Assembly (NCBI RefSeq): GCF_963921235.1
Contig: NC_086097.1
Coordinates: forward strand, 17,856,001 to 17,920,000
Source: Mobula hypostoma
Lineage: Eukaryota
Direction: 5' to 3'
Length of the DNA stretch: 64,000 nucleotides
Made by a program: the position numbers and the translations under genes. The notes beneath the pieces were generated by a model, which searched no databases, was not told where the DNA came from, and saw nothing but the letters and a program-made list of their open reading frames with translations. Positions 46,469 through 60,134 of this stretch are shown one piece after another; the stretch's first letter is position 1, and each line of letters begins with the position of its first letter.

Positions 46469-49400
46469 AAATCATTACAAAGAGGTGACATAGGGTCAGA
46501 AGCTGTTGAGTCATTATGGATAAAGCTAAGGAACTTCAAGAGTAAAAAGACCCTGACGGGGATTGTATACAGACCCCCAAACAGTAGTAATGAGGTAGTT
46601 TACAAATTACAATGGGAGATAGAAAATGCATGCCAAAAATGCAATGTTATGATAGTCATGGGTGGGGGGGTGGATTTCAATATGCAGGTAGATTGGGAAA
46701 ATCAGGTTGGTGCTGGGTTCCAGGAGGGAGAATTTCTAGTGTGCCTATGAGATGACTTTTTAGAGCAAATCAAGGTTGAGCCCACGAGGAGATCAGCTGT
46801 TCTGGATTGGGTGTAACGCAATGAACCAGAATTGATTTAAAGTAAAAGAACTCTTAAGGGCAAGTGTTCATAATATGATAAAATTTACCCAAAAATTTGA
46901 GAAGGAGAGGCTAAAGTCAGATGTATCAGTATTACAATGGAGTAAAGGGAATTACAGAGATATGAAAGAGGAACTGGCCAAAATTGACTGGAAAAGAACA
47001 CTGGCAGGGATGACAGCAGAGCGGCAATGGCTGGAATTTCTGGAAGCAATTTGGGATGCTCGGGATACATATATCTCAAAGAGGAAGAAGTATTCTAAAG
47101 GCAAGATGACACAACCGTGTCTCACAAGAGAAGTCAAAGCCAACATTAAAGCCAAAGAGAGGGCATATAATAGAGCAAAAATTACTGGAAGTTAAAGAAT
47201 TGGGAAGCTTTTTAAAAACAACAGAAGGCAACTAAAAAGTCATTAATGTAAAGATAGAAACATAGAAACATAGAGAATAGGTGCAGGAGTAGGCCATTCG
47301 GCCCTTCGAGCCTGCACCGCCATTTATTATGATCATGGCTGATCATCCAACTCAGAACCCAGCCTTCCCTCCATACCCCCTGACCCCTGTAGCCACAAGG
47401 GCCATATCTAACTCCCTCTTAAACATAGCCAATGAACTGGCCTCAACAGTTTGCTGTGGCAGAGAATTCCACAGATTCACCACTCTCTGTGTGAAGAAGT
47501 TTTTCCTAATCTCGGTCCTAAAAGTCTTCCCCTCTATCCTCAAACTGTGACCCCTCGTTCTGGACCTCCCCAACATCGGGAACAATCTTCCCGCATCTAG
47601 CCTGTCCAATCCCTTTAGGATCTTATACGTTTCGATCAGATCCCCCCTCAATCTTCTAAATTCCAACGAGTACAAGCCCAGTTCATCCAGTCTTTCTTCA
47701 TATGAAAGACCTGCCATCCCAGGAATCAATCTGGTGAACCTTCTTTGTAGTCAGATTAGGAGACCAAAACTGCACACAATACTCCAGGTGTGGTCTCACC
47801 AAGGCCTTGTACAACTGCAGTGGTACCTCCCTGCTCCGGTACTCGAATCCTCTCGCTATAAATGCCAGCATACCGTTCGCTTTTTTCACCGCCTGCTGTA
47901 CCTGCATGCCCACTTTCAATGACTGGTGTATAATGACACCCTGGTCTCGTTGCACCTCCCCTTTTCCTAATCGGCCACCATTCAGATAATAATCTGTTTT
48001 CCTATTTTTGCCACCAAAGTGGATAACTTCACATTTATCCACATTAAATTGCATCTGCCATGAGTTTGCCCACTCACCCAACCTATCCAAGTCACCCTGC
48101 ATCCTCTTAGCATCCTCCTCACTGCTAACACTGCCACCCAGCTTTGTGTCATCCGCAAACTTGGAGATGCTGCATTTAATTCCCTCATCCAAGTCATTAA
48201 TATATATTGTAAACAACTGGGGTCCCAGCACTGAGCCTTGCGGTACCCCACTAGTTACCGCCTGCCATTCTGAAAAGGTCCCGTTTATTCCCACTCTTTG
48301 CTTCCTGTCTGCTAACCAATTCTCCACCCACACCAATACCTTACCCCCAATACCGTGTGCTTTAAGTTTGCCCACTAATCTCCTGTGTGGGACCTTGTCA
48401 AAAGCCTTTTGAAAATCCAAATATACCACATCCACTGGTTCTCCCCTATCCACTCTACTAGTTACATCCTCAAAAAATTCTATGAGATTCGTCAGACATG
48501 ATTTTCCTTTCACAAATCCATGCTGACTTTGTCCGATCATTTCACCGCTTTCCAAATGTGCTGTTATCACATCCTTGATAACTGACTCCAGCAGTTTCCC
48601 CACCACCGACGTTAGGCTAACCAGCCTATAATTCCCCGGTTTCTCTCTCCCTCCTTTTTTAAAAAGTGGGGTTACATTAGCCACCCTCCATCCTCAGGAA
48701 CTAGTCCAGAATCTAACGAGTTTTGAAAAATTATCACTAATGCATCCACTATTTCTTGGGCTACTTCCTTAAGCACTCTAGGATGCAGACCATCTGGCCC
48801 TGGGGATTTATCTGCCTTCAATCCCTTCAATTTACCTAACACCACTTCCCTACTAACATGTATTTCACTCAGTTCCTCCATCTCACTGGACCCTCTGTCC
48901 CTTACTATTTCTGGACGATTATTTATGTCCTCCTTAGTGAAGACAGAACCAAAGTAATTATTCAATTGGTCTGCCATGTCCTTGCTCCCCATAATCAATT
49001 CACCTGTTTCTGTCTGCAGGGGACCTACATTTGTCTTTACCAGTCTTTTCCTTTTTACATATCTATAAAAGCTTTTACAGTCCGTTTTTATGTTCTCTGC
49101 CAGTTTTCTCTCATAATCTTTTTTCCCCTTCCTAATTAAGCCCTTTGTCCTCCTCTGCTGAACTCTGAATTTCTCCCAGTCCTCAGGTGAGCCACTTTCT
49201 CTGGCTAATTTGTATGCTACTTCTTTGGAATTGATACTATCCCTAATTTCTCTTGTCAGCCACGGGTGCACTACCTTCCTTGATTTATTCTTTTGCCAAA
49301 CTGGGATGAACAATTGTTGTAGTTCATCCATGCAACCTTTAAATGCTTGCCATTGCATATCCACCGTCAACCCTTTAAGTGTCATTTGCCAGTCTATCTT

Positions 49401-50938
49401 AGCTAATTCACGTCTCATACCTTCAAAGTTACCCCTCTTTAAGTTCAGAACCTTTGTTTCTGAAGTACAAAAGTAAGCTAGCCAATAATATTAAAGAGGA
49501 TACCAAAAGTTTCTTCAGATATATGAAGTGTAAAAGAGAGGCGAGTGGATTTTGAAGTGCTAGAAAACAATGCTGGAGAGGCAGTAATGAGGGACAAACT
49601 GAATAAGAATTTTGCGTCAGTCTTTGCTGTGGAAGACACTGGCAGTGTGGTGGAAGTTCCAGGTGTCATGAAGTGTGTGAAATTACCATTACAAAAGAGA
49701 AGGTTCTTGGGAAACTGTAAGGTCTGAAGGTAGATAAGTCACCTTGACCAGATAGTGTACATCCCAGGCTTTGATGGATGTGGCTGAAGAGATCGTGGAG
49801 ATATTAGTAATGATCTTTCAAGAATCACTAAATTCTGGAATGGTTCCAGAAGATTGGAAAATTGCAAATGTCACTCCACTCTTCAAGAAAGGAGAGAGAC
49901 AAAAGAAAGAAAACTATAGGTTAGTTACAACCAACAAAAATCTACGGATGCTGGAAAGATTCTAGCATAGACAAAGCAGTAGCTGATTGGCAGGAGGCAA
50001 AGAGTGGGAATAAAGGGAGCCTTTTCTAATTGGCTGCCAGTGACTATTGGTGTTCTACAGGGTTCTATGTTGGGACCAATTCTTCTAATGTTATATGTCA
50101 ATTATTTGGATGATGGATTTAATGGCTTTGTTGCAAAGTTTTCAAACAATATAAAAATAGGTGGAGGGGCAGGTAGTTTAGAGAAAGTAGAAAGGCTACA
50201 AAAGAACGTAGATTGGGAGAAAGGGCAAAGAAATGGCAGATGGAATATGGTATCGGGAAGGGTATGGTTATGCACTTTGGTAGAAGAAATGGAAGGGTTG
50301 ACTGTTTTCTAAATGGAGAGAAAATACAAAAATACAAAAAACTGAGGTGCAAAAGGACTTGAGAGTCCTTGGTTAGGATTCGCTAAAGGAAAATTTGCAG
50401 GTTGAGTATGTGGTGAGGTAGGCAAATGCGATGTTAGCATTCATTTCAAGGACTAGAATATAAAAGCAACAATGTAATATTGAGAATTTATAAAGCACTA
50501 GTGAGGGCTAACTTGGAGTGTCGTGAGCAGTTTGGAGCCCCTTAGCTTAGAAAGGATGTCCTGAAACTGGAGAGGGTTGAAAAGAGGTTCATGAAAATAA
50601 TTCCAGGATTGAATGGCTTGTTAGATGAAGAACATTTGGTGGCTCTGGGCTTGTTTTCACTAGAATTCAGAAGAATGAGTGGTAACATGATTGAAACCTA
50701 TCGAATGGAGAAAGGCCTAGATAGAATGGATATGAAGGATATGATTCCTATGGTGGGAGAGTCTAAGACCAGAGGTCACAGCCTCAGTATAGAGGGGTGT
50801 CCTTTTGGAATGGAGATGAGGATCTTTTTTAAACAGAAAGTTGTGAATCTGTGGAATTTTTGCCATAGGCAGCTGTGGAAGCCAAGACTTTATGTATATT
50901 TAAGGCAGAGGTTGATAGGTTCTTGATTGGTCAGAACA
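46469..50938 (+). mobile_element. Degenerate CR1 ORF2, split by a family A insertion
   Basis: Endonuclease remnants at 46469-47254 resume at 49465 and run through the RT. Confidence 0.82.
47255..49464 (-). mobile_element. CR1 family A, 5'-truncated young copy with nearly intact RT
   Basis: ORFs 48672..49418, 47698..48684 and 47352..47729 (two frameshifts); [24 protein letters not shown] and KFADD motifs; (TTCTATGT)n tail. Confidence 0.93.
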
Positions 50939-53900
50939 TGGGAGGATCTACTTTGTATCGAAAGGACAGGAAACAAGGCATAGGCGGTGGTGTGGCTGTA
51001 TTGGTAAGAGATGGAATTAAATCTTCAGAAAGAGGTAACATTCGGTCAGAGAATGTTCTATCTTTGTGGGTGGAGTTAAGAAACTGCAAGGGTAAAAAAA
51101 TCATTATGGGAGTCATATATGCCTCCAAATAGTACCTAAGATGTGGGTTTGAGATTGCAAATGGAGCTGGAAAAGGCATGTAATAAGGGTAATGTCACAA
51201 TTGTAATAAGGGACTTCATTTTGCAAGAGGATTGGGAAAATCAGGTCGGTGTAGATTGTAAGAGAGGGAATTTGTTGAATTCCTACGAGATGGCTTTTTA
51301 GAGCAGCGCTGTGCTTGAGCCTACGAGAGGAAAGGCTATCTTCAATTGGGTGTTGTGTAATAATCCAGACTTTATTAGCCAGCTTAACATAAAGGAACTC
51401 TTAGATCATATTATGATCATATTATGACTGAATTCATACTGCAATTTGAGAGGGAGAAGCACAAGTCCGATGTATCAGTATCACAATGAAATAAAGGGAA
51501 TTACAGGGGTATGAGAGAGGAGCTTGCCCAGGTGGATTGGAAGAGGATACTAGCAGGGTTGACAGCAGAACAGAGGTGGCTGAAGTTTTTGGGAATATTT
51601 CACAATGCACTGTATAGATATGTCCAGCAGAAGAAGTTGTTCTCAAATGGCAGGATTAGGCAACCGTAGCTAACAAGGGAAGTTAAGGACTACATAAAAG
51701 CCAAGGAACGGGCATATAAGGTAACAAAACTAGTGGGAAGTAGGATTAGGAAGCTTTTAAAATCCAACAAAAGGCAGCTAAAGAAGTTATAAGAAGGGAA
51801 AGGAATAAATATGAGGGCAAACACCGATAATATAAAGCAGGATAGTAAAAGTTTTTTTCAGTTAAATAAAGAACAAAAGCAGGGTGGAGTTGATATTGGA
51901 CCACAGGAAAATGATGCTGGTGATGTAGCAATGGGGCCAAAGAAAGGGCAGATGAACAATGGGTACTTTGCATCTGTCTTCACTGTGGAAGACACTAGGT
52001 ATATGCCAGAGGTCCGTGAGTGTCAGGGAGCAAGAGTGAGTGCCATTGCTATTACAAAGGAAAAAGTGCTAGGCAAACTAAAAGGTGTTAAGGTGGATAA
52101 GTCACCTGGACCAGATGGACTACATTCCGGAGTCCTGAAAGAGGTTGCTGAAGAGGTAATGGATGCATTGTTCATGATCTTTCAAGAATCACTTGATTCC
52201 GGCATGGTCCCAGACGACTGGAAAATTGTAAATGTCACTCCACTCTTTAGGAAGGAAGGAAGACAATAGAGAGGAAATTATAGGCCTGTTAGCCTAACCT
52301 CAGTGTTTGGGAAAGTAGAGTGCATTATTAAGGACAAAGTTTCGAGGTACTTGGGGACCAGTTAGGAAATAAGTCAAACTCAGCATGGTTTCTGTCGCAG
52401 GAAAACTTGCCTGACAAATCTGTTAGAATTCTTCAAGGAAGTAACAAGCAGGGTGGACAAAGGAGAGGCAGTGGATGTCATTTATTTAGATTTTCAGAAG
52501 GCATTTGATAAAATCCTATGGTGTTACAGAAAATATACTGGCATGGGTAGAGGGATGGCTGACAGTCAGATGGCAATGAGTCAGAATAAATGGGGCTTTT
52601 TCTGGTTGGCTGCCAATGACTAGTGGTGTTCCTTGGGGGTCTGTATTGGGACCGCTACTTTTCACATTGTTTGTCAGTGATTTAGATAGTGGAATTGATG
52701 GCTTTGTGTCAAAGTTTGCAGATGATGCAAAGATAGGTAGAGGGGTAGGTACTGCTGAGGAAGCAACGCGATTGCAGTTCTCTCTCTCTCTGGCTATCCA
52801 TCCCATAGGATGATGATGGTTCCTTTCAGTCAGTTAGTGGGGTGGTACCCCACTCCTCAGAAAGGAACAACGTGCGCGTGAACAGATTTTAGGTGAGTAA
52901 GGGGTTGCACAGGTCCAGACCCACCCTCTCGACATCCCCTCCCGGATCCAGCGGCATAGTGGGGTCCAAGACGGCTGAGGGAAGTTCTGTTCCAGTGAAT
53001 GGCCAAACCAAGCTTTGACGCAAGGGATGCCCTTTCCGTGCTTCACAGCACGTGTTTGCTAGATGGCCGTTGACCCTACGAGAGGGTTCATCTGCTCTTT
53101 GACAGGTCTTGTTTTTCGTCCTGCAGGGTGTCCAGCCACCATCCTCCCCAGGCAAGCCTGGTGGGGGAGCCGGTTTAGTCGCTGACTACCTGACCGTGGG
53201 ACAGGAAGTACTGGGTTACATGGTACCAGTAGCACTCAGATGAGTGACCTGACCTAATTCTCTTGATTGCAGCAGGACTTAGACAAACTGAAAGGCTGAG
53301 CAAAAAGTGGCATACAGTGTTGGGAAATGTATGATAAGGCATTTTGGCAAAAGGAAAAATAGTGCAGACATTTATCTAAATGGGAAGAAAATCCAAACAT
53401 CATACTTGCAAAGGGACTTGGGAGTCCTCATGCAAGACTCCCAGGAATTTAATTCACAGGTTGAGTCTGTGGTAAAGAAGGAAAATGCAGTGTTGGCATT
53501 TATTTCAAGGAATAGAATATAAAAACAAGGAGGTATTACTGAAGCTTTTTAAGACACTGGTCGGGCCACACGTGGAGTATTGTCAACCGTTTTGTGCCCT
53601 CTATCTCAGAAAGGATATGTTGTCATTGGAGAGAGTCCAGAGGAGGTTCATAACAATAATTCTGGGAATGAAGGGGTTAATATATAAGGACTGTTTGGCA
53701 GCTTTGGGCCTGTACTCACTAGAATTTAGTAGAATGTGTAGCATTCTCTTTGAAACTTACCGAATGTTGAGAAGACTAGATAAGGTGGATATGAAGAGGA
53801 TGTTTCCTGTGGCAGGGCTATCCAGAACGAGAGGGGCAACCTTTTAGAACAGAAGCAAGGAGGAATTTTTTTAGCCAAAGAGTAGTGAATCTGTGGAATG

Positions 53901-54210
53901 CTCTGCCACAGTCTGCGGTGGAGGCAAAGTCCATAGGTATATTTAAATCGGAAGTTGATAGATTCTTAATTGTGTAGAGCATCAAGCAGTATGGTGAGAG
54001 GGCAGGTGTATGGGGTTGATCGAGACCCTGGATCAGCCATGATGAAATGGTGGAGCAGACTCTACGGCTTATGGTCTTATAAAGGGACATGGAGAGAAGG
54101 CAGGAAATAGTGGCTGAGAGGAAAATTAGATCAGCCATGATGAATGCTAGAACAGACTTGATGGGCCAAATGCCCTAATTCTGCTCCTGTATCTTATTGT
54201 CTTATCGTAT
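50939..54210 (+). mobile_element. Degenerate CR1 ORF2 to 3' end, followed by a second CR1 3' end (about 54075-54210)
   Basis: RKDRKQGIGGGVA, KSPGPDGLH and KFADD motifs; two successive 3' UTRs. Confidence 0.82.
52778..53264 (-). mobile_element. Non-coding GC-rich retroposon with (GA)n tail; family unresolved (RTE/RTEX/Vingi-like derivative)
   Basis: 8-bp TSD GATTGCAG at 52770-52777 and 53265-53272; host CR1 RT rejoins across it; (TC)n at the left end; many hairpins at the right (5') end. Confidence 0.7.
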
Positions 54211-54214
54211 ACTA

Positions 54215-56260
54215 CAATAGCCTTCTATACTATCCACAATGCCATCAACTTTCATGTCATCTGCAAACTTAGTAACCCACCCTTTATGAAAATCTCAAAA
54301 CATTAGGGATCCTAGGATAGGTCCTTGGAGAACATTACAAGTCACTATACCCCAGGCAGAATATGTTCCATCTACCTATCACTCTCTGCCAGAGAGTCAT
54401 AGGGAAGTACAGCACAGAAACATGCCTTTTGGCTCATCCACTCTATGCCGAAACCATTTAAACTGCCTACTCCCAATGACCTGCACCTTAACCATAGCCC
54501 TCCTTATCCCTACTATCCATGTACCTATCTAGAAACATTGAAATCGAGCTCACATGGTGCTGGCAGCTATTTCCACACTCTCACAACCCTCTGAGCGAAG
54601 AGGTTTCCCCTCATGTTTCCCTTAAACTTCTCACCTTGTACCCTTAAGCCATGACCTCTGGTTGTAGTCCCATCCATCCTCAGTGGAAAAAGCCTGCCTG
54701 CATTTACCCTATCCATACCCTTCATAATTTTGCATACCTCTATCAAATCTCCTCTAAATCTTCTGCATTCTGAAGAATACAGTCCTAACCTTATAATCTT
54801 TCCTTATAACTCAGGTCCTCCAGACCCGGCGGCATCCTTGTAAATTTTCTCTGCATTTTTTCCACCTTGTTTATATTTTTTCTGTAGGTGGATGACCAAA
54901 ACTGCACACGATACTCCAAATTAGGCCTCGCCAACGTCTTACACATCTTTAACATAACATGCCATTTTCTGTACTCAGTACATTGATTTATGAAGGCCAA
55001 TGTGCCAAAAATTTTATTTGCAACCCTATCTCCCTGTGAAACCTCTTTCAACAAACTATGTAGCTGCATTCCTATTTTCCTTTGTTCTACCACACTCCTC
55101 AGTCCCCTACCATTCACAATGTAAGACCTACCTTATTTGGTCCTACCGAAGTGCAAAACCTCGCAGTTGTCTACATTAAATTCCATCTACCACGATAGCC
55201 TTCCTCACTGTCCTCTACACCCCCAATCTTGGTGTCATCTGCAAATTTACTGATCCAGTTAACCACATTATCATCCAGATCATTGATATAAATGACAAAC
55301 AATAAAAATTTCCTTCAAAAAAACTCGATAAGATTGGTTAGACATGACCTACCACGCATGAAGCCACCGTAACTATCCTAAATCTGTCCATGTCTATCCA
55401 AATACTTGTATATCCAGTCACTTAGAATACCTTACAATAACATTTCCACAATTTATGTAGGACTCTCCAGCTTATAATTCCCTGGTTTTGTTTAGAGTCT
55501 TTTTTAAACAGCAGAACATCATTGGCTATCCTCCAATCATCTGGGTACCTCTCCTGTCACTAAGGATGCTTTAAATATCTCTGCTAGGGCCCCGGCAGTT
55601 TCTGCATTTGCCTTCCATAGGGTCCAAGAGAACACCTTGTCAGATCCTGGGGATTTATCCACCCCCAATTTGCCTCAGGGTAGCAAACACCACCTCCCCT
55701 GTAATCTGTATAAGGTCCATGACCTTGCTGCTGCTTTGCCTCACATCTATAGACACCATCTGTCTCCCAAGTAAATACAGATGCAGAAAAAAAACATTTA
55801 AGGTCTCCCCCATCACTTTTGATTACCTCCACACGTTGATTACCTTTCTGGTCTTCCAGAGGACCAATTTTGTCCCTAGCAATCCTTTTGCTCTTTACAT
55901 ATCTGTAAAAGCCCTCAGGATTTTCCTTTACCTTGTTTGTTAGAGCAACTTCATTCCTTCTTTTAGTACTCCATAAGCACCTCAATTGTTTCTACAAATG
56001 TTTGTACTTGCTTATACCTGCTAGGCACCTCATTTTTTTCTTTTAATCAGGCCGCAATATCTCTTGAAAACCGAAGTTCCCTTTACTTATTATCTTTTAA
56101 GGGAAAGTCTGGATCCCATGCTCTATGACTTTCTGGATGAGTGAACTGTGGGGGCACATTGTTAAACATCTTACTAAATTCCATATACACCATATACACC
56201 TCTCCACCTTCATCAATTTGTTTTGTCACTTCCATAAAAAACCCAAACAAGCTTGTGAGG
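54215..56260 (-). mobile_element. Degenerate CR1 fragments
   Basis: KTLARPNLEYRVQFWS and FYRYVKSKR...IGPLED remnants. Confidence 0.8.
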
Positions 56261-58199
56261 CAGTGTTTAAAATTTCAGTGGAAAATGGTAAGTTTAATGA
56301 TATTAATCACAAACACATATAGTAAACTTAATTAAAGACAAACTTCTGAGACATTTTATGAAAACAGCAAGATTGCTGGCATTGGTAGGAGAGAAAATAA
56401 AAAATGACTGAAGGTGTGTAATCAGTTTTGGTGAGACTCTTAAAAGTGAAAAAGATGAAAATTGAAGAGAATTCCAGGGTACTGACGCATGAGATAGATA
56501 ATGTTTCTGCCACCATATTTAGAGTGGAGACATGAGTAGCACACATTATAGACCAGATTTAGATGGTGCTGCTTAAAGGGCTGGCAAGGATTTTGCTCAT
56601 GAAATCAAAGCTTGAGGTGAAGCAAAGCTATAGGTAATGTGTTGAGTGGAAATAGACTTCCTTCAGCACAATATCAAAATTATGAATTTAGTCCGTAGGT
56701 AAACGTGGATGTCATCAACACACATGGTGATATCCTTGCATTTACACATCATATCACTGAGATGAATTAATTAGCCAGGGTAAACCATGGACCAGGATAT
56801 TCCTGAAACCATTCAAGGGAAAAAATGATAATTCCCACAGAAGATGCAACTTAAAGATAAGACAAAGAGCATGGGAAGCAAATAATATTTAACGGAAATA
56901 TTTCTTTTAAATTATAAATTAAAAGACTGGATTCCAATCTATTCTCCTACAGAGGTCAATCCTGCCATCTACTGGCTGATGGTAAAATTTCTGACCATCA
57001 AGTTCATGCAGGGGATCAGAGCAATTCTATTTCTATTCATTTTATCTGTAACTAATTCTCCTCACATTCCCATAAATTCCCCTAATATTCTCTAACTAGG
57101 CTGCACACTCAGAAAGTTTAATATATTAACTAGCATATCTTTGGATATGGGGGGAAACTGGGGAACCCAAGGAAATTCACATTATCATTGAGAGAAGATA
57201 CAGACTACACACAGACAATACCTGGGATGGCCATTGGTGGTTTAGATTTTATAACATGTGATATTAGTGTACACTGTGGTGAAAGTAATTTGTTACTTTA
57301 GGGTTTTGTGAATTTCCAAATGCTGATGTATGTTTTTTTTTACTCTCGGTTTTGCACACTAAAAACTAAACTAATTTCATTCTAGATGCTTGAGATACCA
57401 TCAGGCTGACTGTAAACTAGCTTCTGAAAGAAAGGAGCAGTGTACTAATGTACTGCATAGCAAACTCTAAATTAAAGTATTTAACTCATTTTAAATGTAT
57501 GATTTCACTATTTTATCATTTGTCATGCAGGAAAAAGTGGTTATTACTTATTTTCAAAATCTTTCTACACCCAATCACTACACTGCCCATTTACCCTGAG
57601 TTGTTTTCCATTTATCATATTTAATTTGATATATAATTTATTGATGGTGGAGGAGAGGATTTTTACTAGTGAAAACCAGGGTGGTAAATACATAGATTCT
57701 TCATATTTCTAAATTTGTTATAACTATACTGTAGCACAGAATCAGATTTTTTTACATGGTAGAAGTTTGCAGTTTGGCCTGTTTACATACCTGTTTATAA
57801 TATTTATCCATGTCCTTTTAGCTATAGTTAGGATAGAATATGCTGTAACCTGACATTATTGTGCCAGATAAATTCTCCGAAACTTTCAAGCCATTAGTGT
57901 TTTTGGTAATTATATTTTTGCAGCCTACATACTGGACCAGTTTAATCAGATTTCTTCAGTACCTTTTCGATGATCTTGTTAATCTGCATAACAAAATAGA
58001 CAGTGTATGGGTCAAGCAGTGAAAGGAATTTAAACAAAAGTACTAAAGAGATTGAAACAGTAGTAAGCCATTTGGCCTTTCAAGACTGCACTTCCATTCT
58101 GCAAAGTCATCACTCATATTTTATCTTAACATTACTTTTCTCCGTGTTCTTTGATTTCCTTATAATAAGTCTGGCTCTGTCTTGAATGTGCTTAGTAAA

Positions 58200-58810
58200 T
58201 GAGGCCACATGAAAAGAAAATTATATACATTCACTCCTTTCTGGTCAAAGAAATGTATTCTAATCTCATCTTGAATGTGCATCTAGTTCTAAACATCCCA
58301 GCCATGTGAAACATCAGTTTGACATCTATCAAGATTTGTCAGAATTTTGTACATTTCGATATAAACCTCCTTCTTTTCTTAATCTCTTTTTATATGACAT
58401 CCAATGCCAGGAATCAGTCTGGTGGATCTTTGTTTATTTCCTCTATAAGATGTATGTTCTTCTTTGGGTAGAATTACCTTCCATGTGCAGTTTTATAAGG
58501 ACCCTATGCAAATGAAGCAAGAGACTCATGTACTCAAAAGTTCTTAGAATAAAAGCCAACGTGTCTTCCTATCTGCTTACTGTATCTGCATATTACCTGT
58601 TTTAGTGATGGTGTATATAGACACAGCAGATCTCTCTGAACACCAAAACCATTCATTCTTCTATGTTTAAGGAATACTTAGACTTCCTATTTTCTCCAAA
58701 GGTGAATGATCTCAATTTTTTTTGTAATATTCCTTCCATGTCCTCATCTATTCTCTCAGCCTGTCTCTGTCCCCAAAGCTTCTCTGCATTCTCCTTATAG
58801 CCCATACTGC
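58200..58810 (-). mobile_element. Very old CR1 RT C-terminal fragment
   Basis: Decayed similarity to CR1 RT C-termini elsewhere in the window. Confidence 0.5.
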
Positions 58811-59009
58811 CACCTGCCGCTGGCTTTCAATCATCAGTATTGAATGAGGAACCCAAGGAGCTAAATGTCTCATTCTATTTCAATATTATGTTGGGCTAAT
58901 TCATTCATCTAAATGTATATTCCATAACTAGGGAATGAAACCTAGAACACTGCATCCTTTAGGTTTTAAACAGAATAAATGCATTATCTAAACTGGAAAG
59001 ATTTATTTT

Positions 59010-59497
59010 AGATGATGCCACTCTCAGGATGGAGGAGCAGTTCTTCACATTCCTTCTCCAGGTAGCTTCCAACCAAATGGCATGAACATCGACTTTTCCA
59101 ATTTCCAATAATTCTACCACACACCCCTTCTTCAGTTTCCCTCTCTGGTCCCCCCCCCCCCTTACCCCTTCTCTTCTCCTCACCTATCTATCACCTCCCT
59201 CTGGTGTTCATCCTCCTTCTCCTTCAATGGTCCACTCTACTCTCCTATCAGATTTCTTCTTCTCTAGCCCTTTACCTTTTCCACCTATCTCCTCCTAACT
59301 TCTCACTTCATCCCCCTCTCCCACCCACCTGGCTTCTCCTATCACCTTCTAGCTTTTACTCCTCCCCCTCCCCTACCTTTTTATTCCAGTTCTGATGAAA
59401 GGTCTTGGTCCAAAATGTCAACTGTATTTTTTTCATTTCCATAGATGCTGCCTGACCTGCTGAGTTCCTCCAGCATTTAGTGTGTTGCTTAAGATTT
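59010..59497 (+). mobile_element. Older PLE 3' end (GIY-YIG C-terminus, polypyrimidine tract, decayed hammerhead at about 59388-59425)
   Basis: DDATLRMEEQ and PNGMNIDFSNF remnants; ctgatgaaaggtcttggtccaaaatgtc. Confidence 0.8.
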
Positions 59498-60134
59498 ATT
59501 ATCTACTTAATTCAATTCCAAATTGCAATTTTTCTAAATTTTCAGTAACAGCTGATAATGGTTTCTACACTTGTGGGGAGTGCAAGGAGTCAGGGGGAAC
59601 ATGAGATGATATAATTCTCCAAACAATTCGTTCTTTTGAAGAATTGCAAGGGCACTTCTGGGATTACGTAGCTATGCTTACTTGGTGCCAAATCATAAAG
59701 TCAACAAATAAATTCATGCTTGGCAGGGAGCTATTTCCAGAATTACAAGTCCTACACAATCATTTGGTCAAGTACCAACTGTTGCTCGCCATTTGGTTCA
59801 AAACATATGAACCTTGCTTCTTCAGATATTTTTGTCCTAAACCTAGTGTGGCAGTTTCAGCTATTCTGTCTCAAGTTCTGTTTCCAAATTTATTCTGTTG
59901 CTGTCTTTATATTAAACCCAGAAGACAGGGACAGTTTATTTACAATATTGCTTCTTGCTGGATTTGGAATAGTTGCTGCTGCTTACTAGGTATAACTGCA
60001 GTTGAAATTAACAGAATAATCATTTCCTTAACATTGAGAACTATGGTATCCAACTTGCACAGAGTTGTAAGAGAGTCACGGGCATTTAGGAATCTGTTTA
60101 TTAATTGAGTGATACATATTGGGCAGGATATTAA

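Noticed and set aside
49137..49464. Near-identity to positions 1-328, suggesting a segmental duplication or assembly error
   Set aside because: Identity stops at the 5' truncation point of a LINE that has its own tail and interrupts another CR1, so these are independent insertions of a young family.
53195..53235. GGTTACA within a hairpin resembling a twister ribozyme loop
   Set aside because: The following AGCCC and the pseudoknot partners are missing.
59546..59604. Possible next LTBP exon after ttttcag (TADNGFYTCGECKESGGT)
   Set aside because: The phase-1 frame hits a stop, there is no good donor, and there is no TB-domain CCC pattern.
59644..60108. 154-aa ORF in non-repetitive sequence
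   Set aside because: Non-ATG start, no recognisable domain and no splice support.
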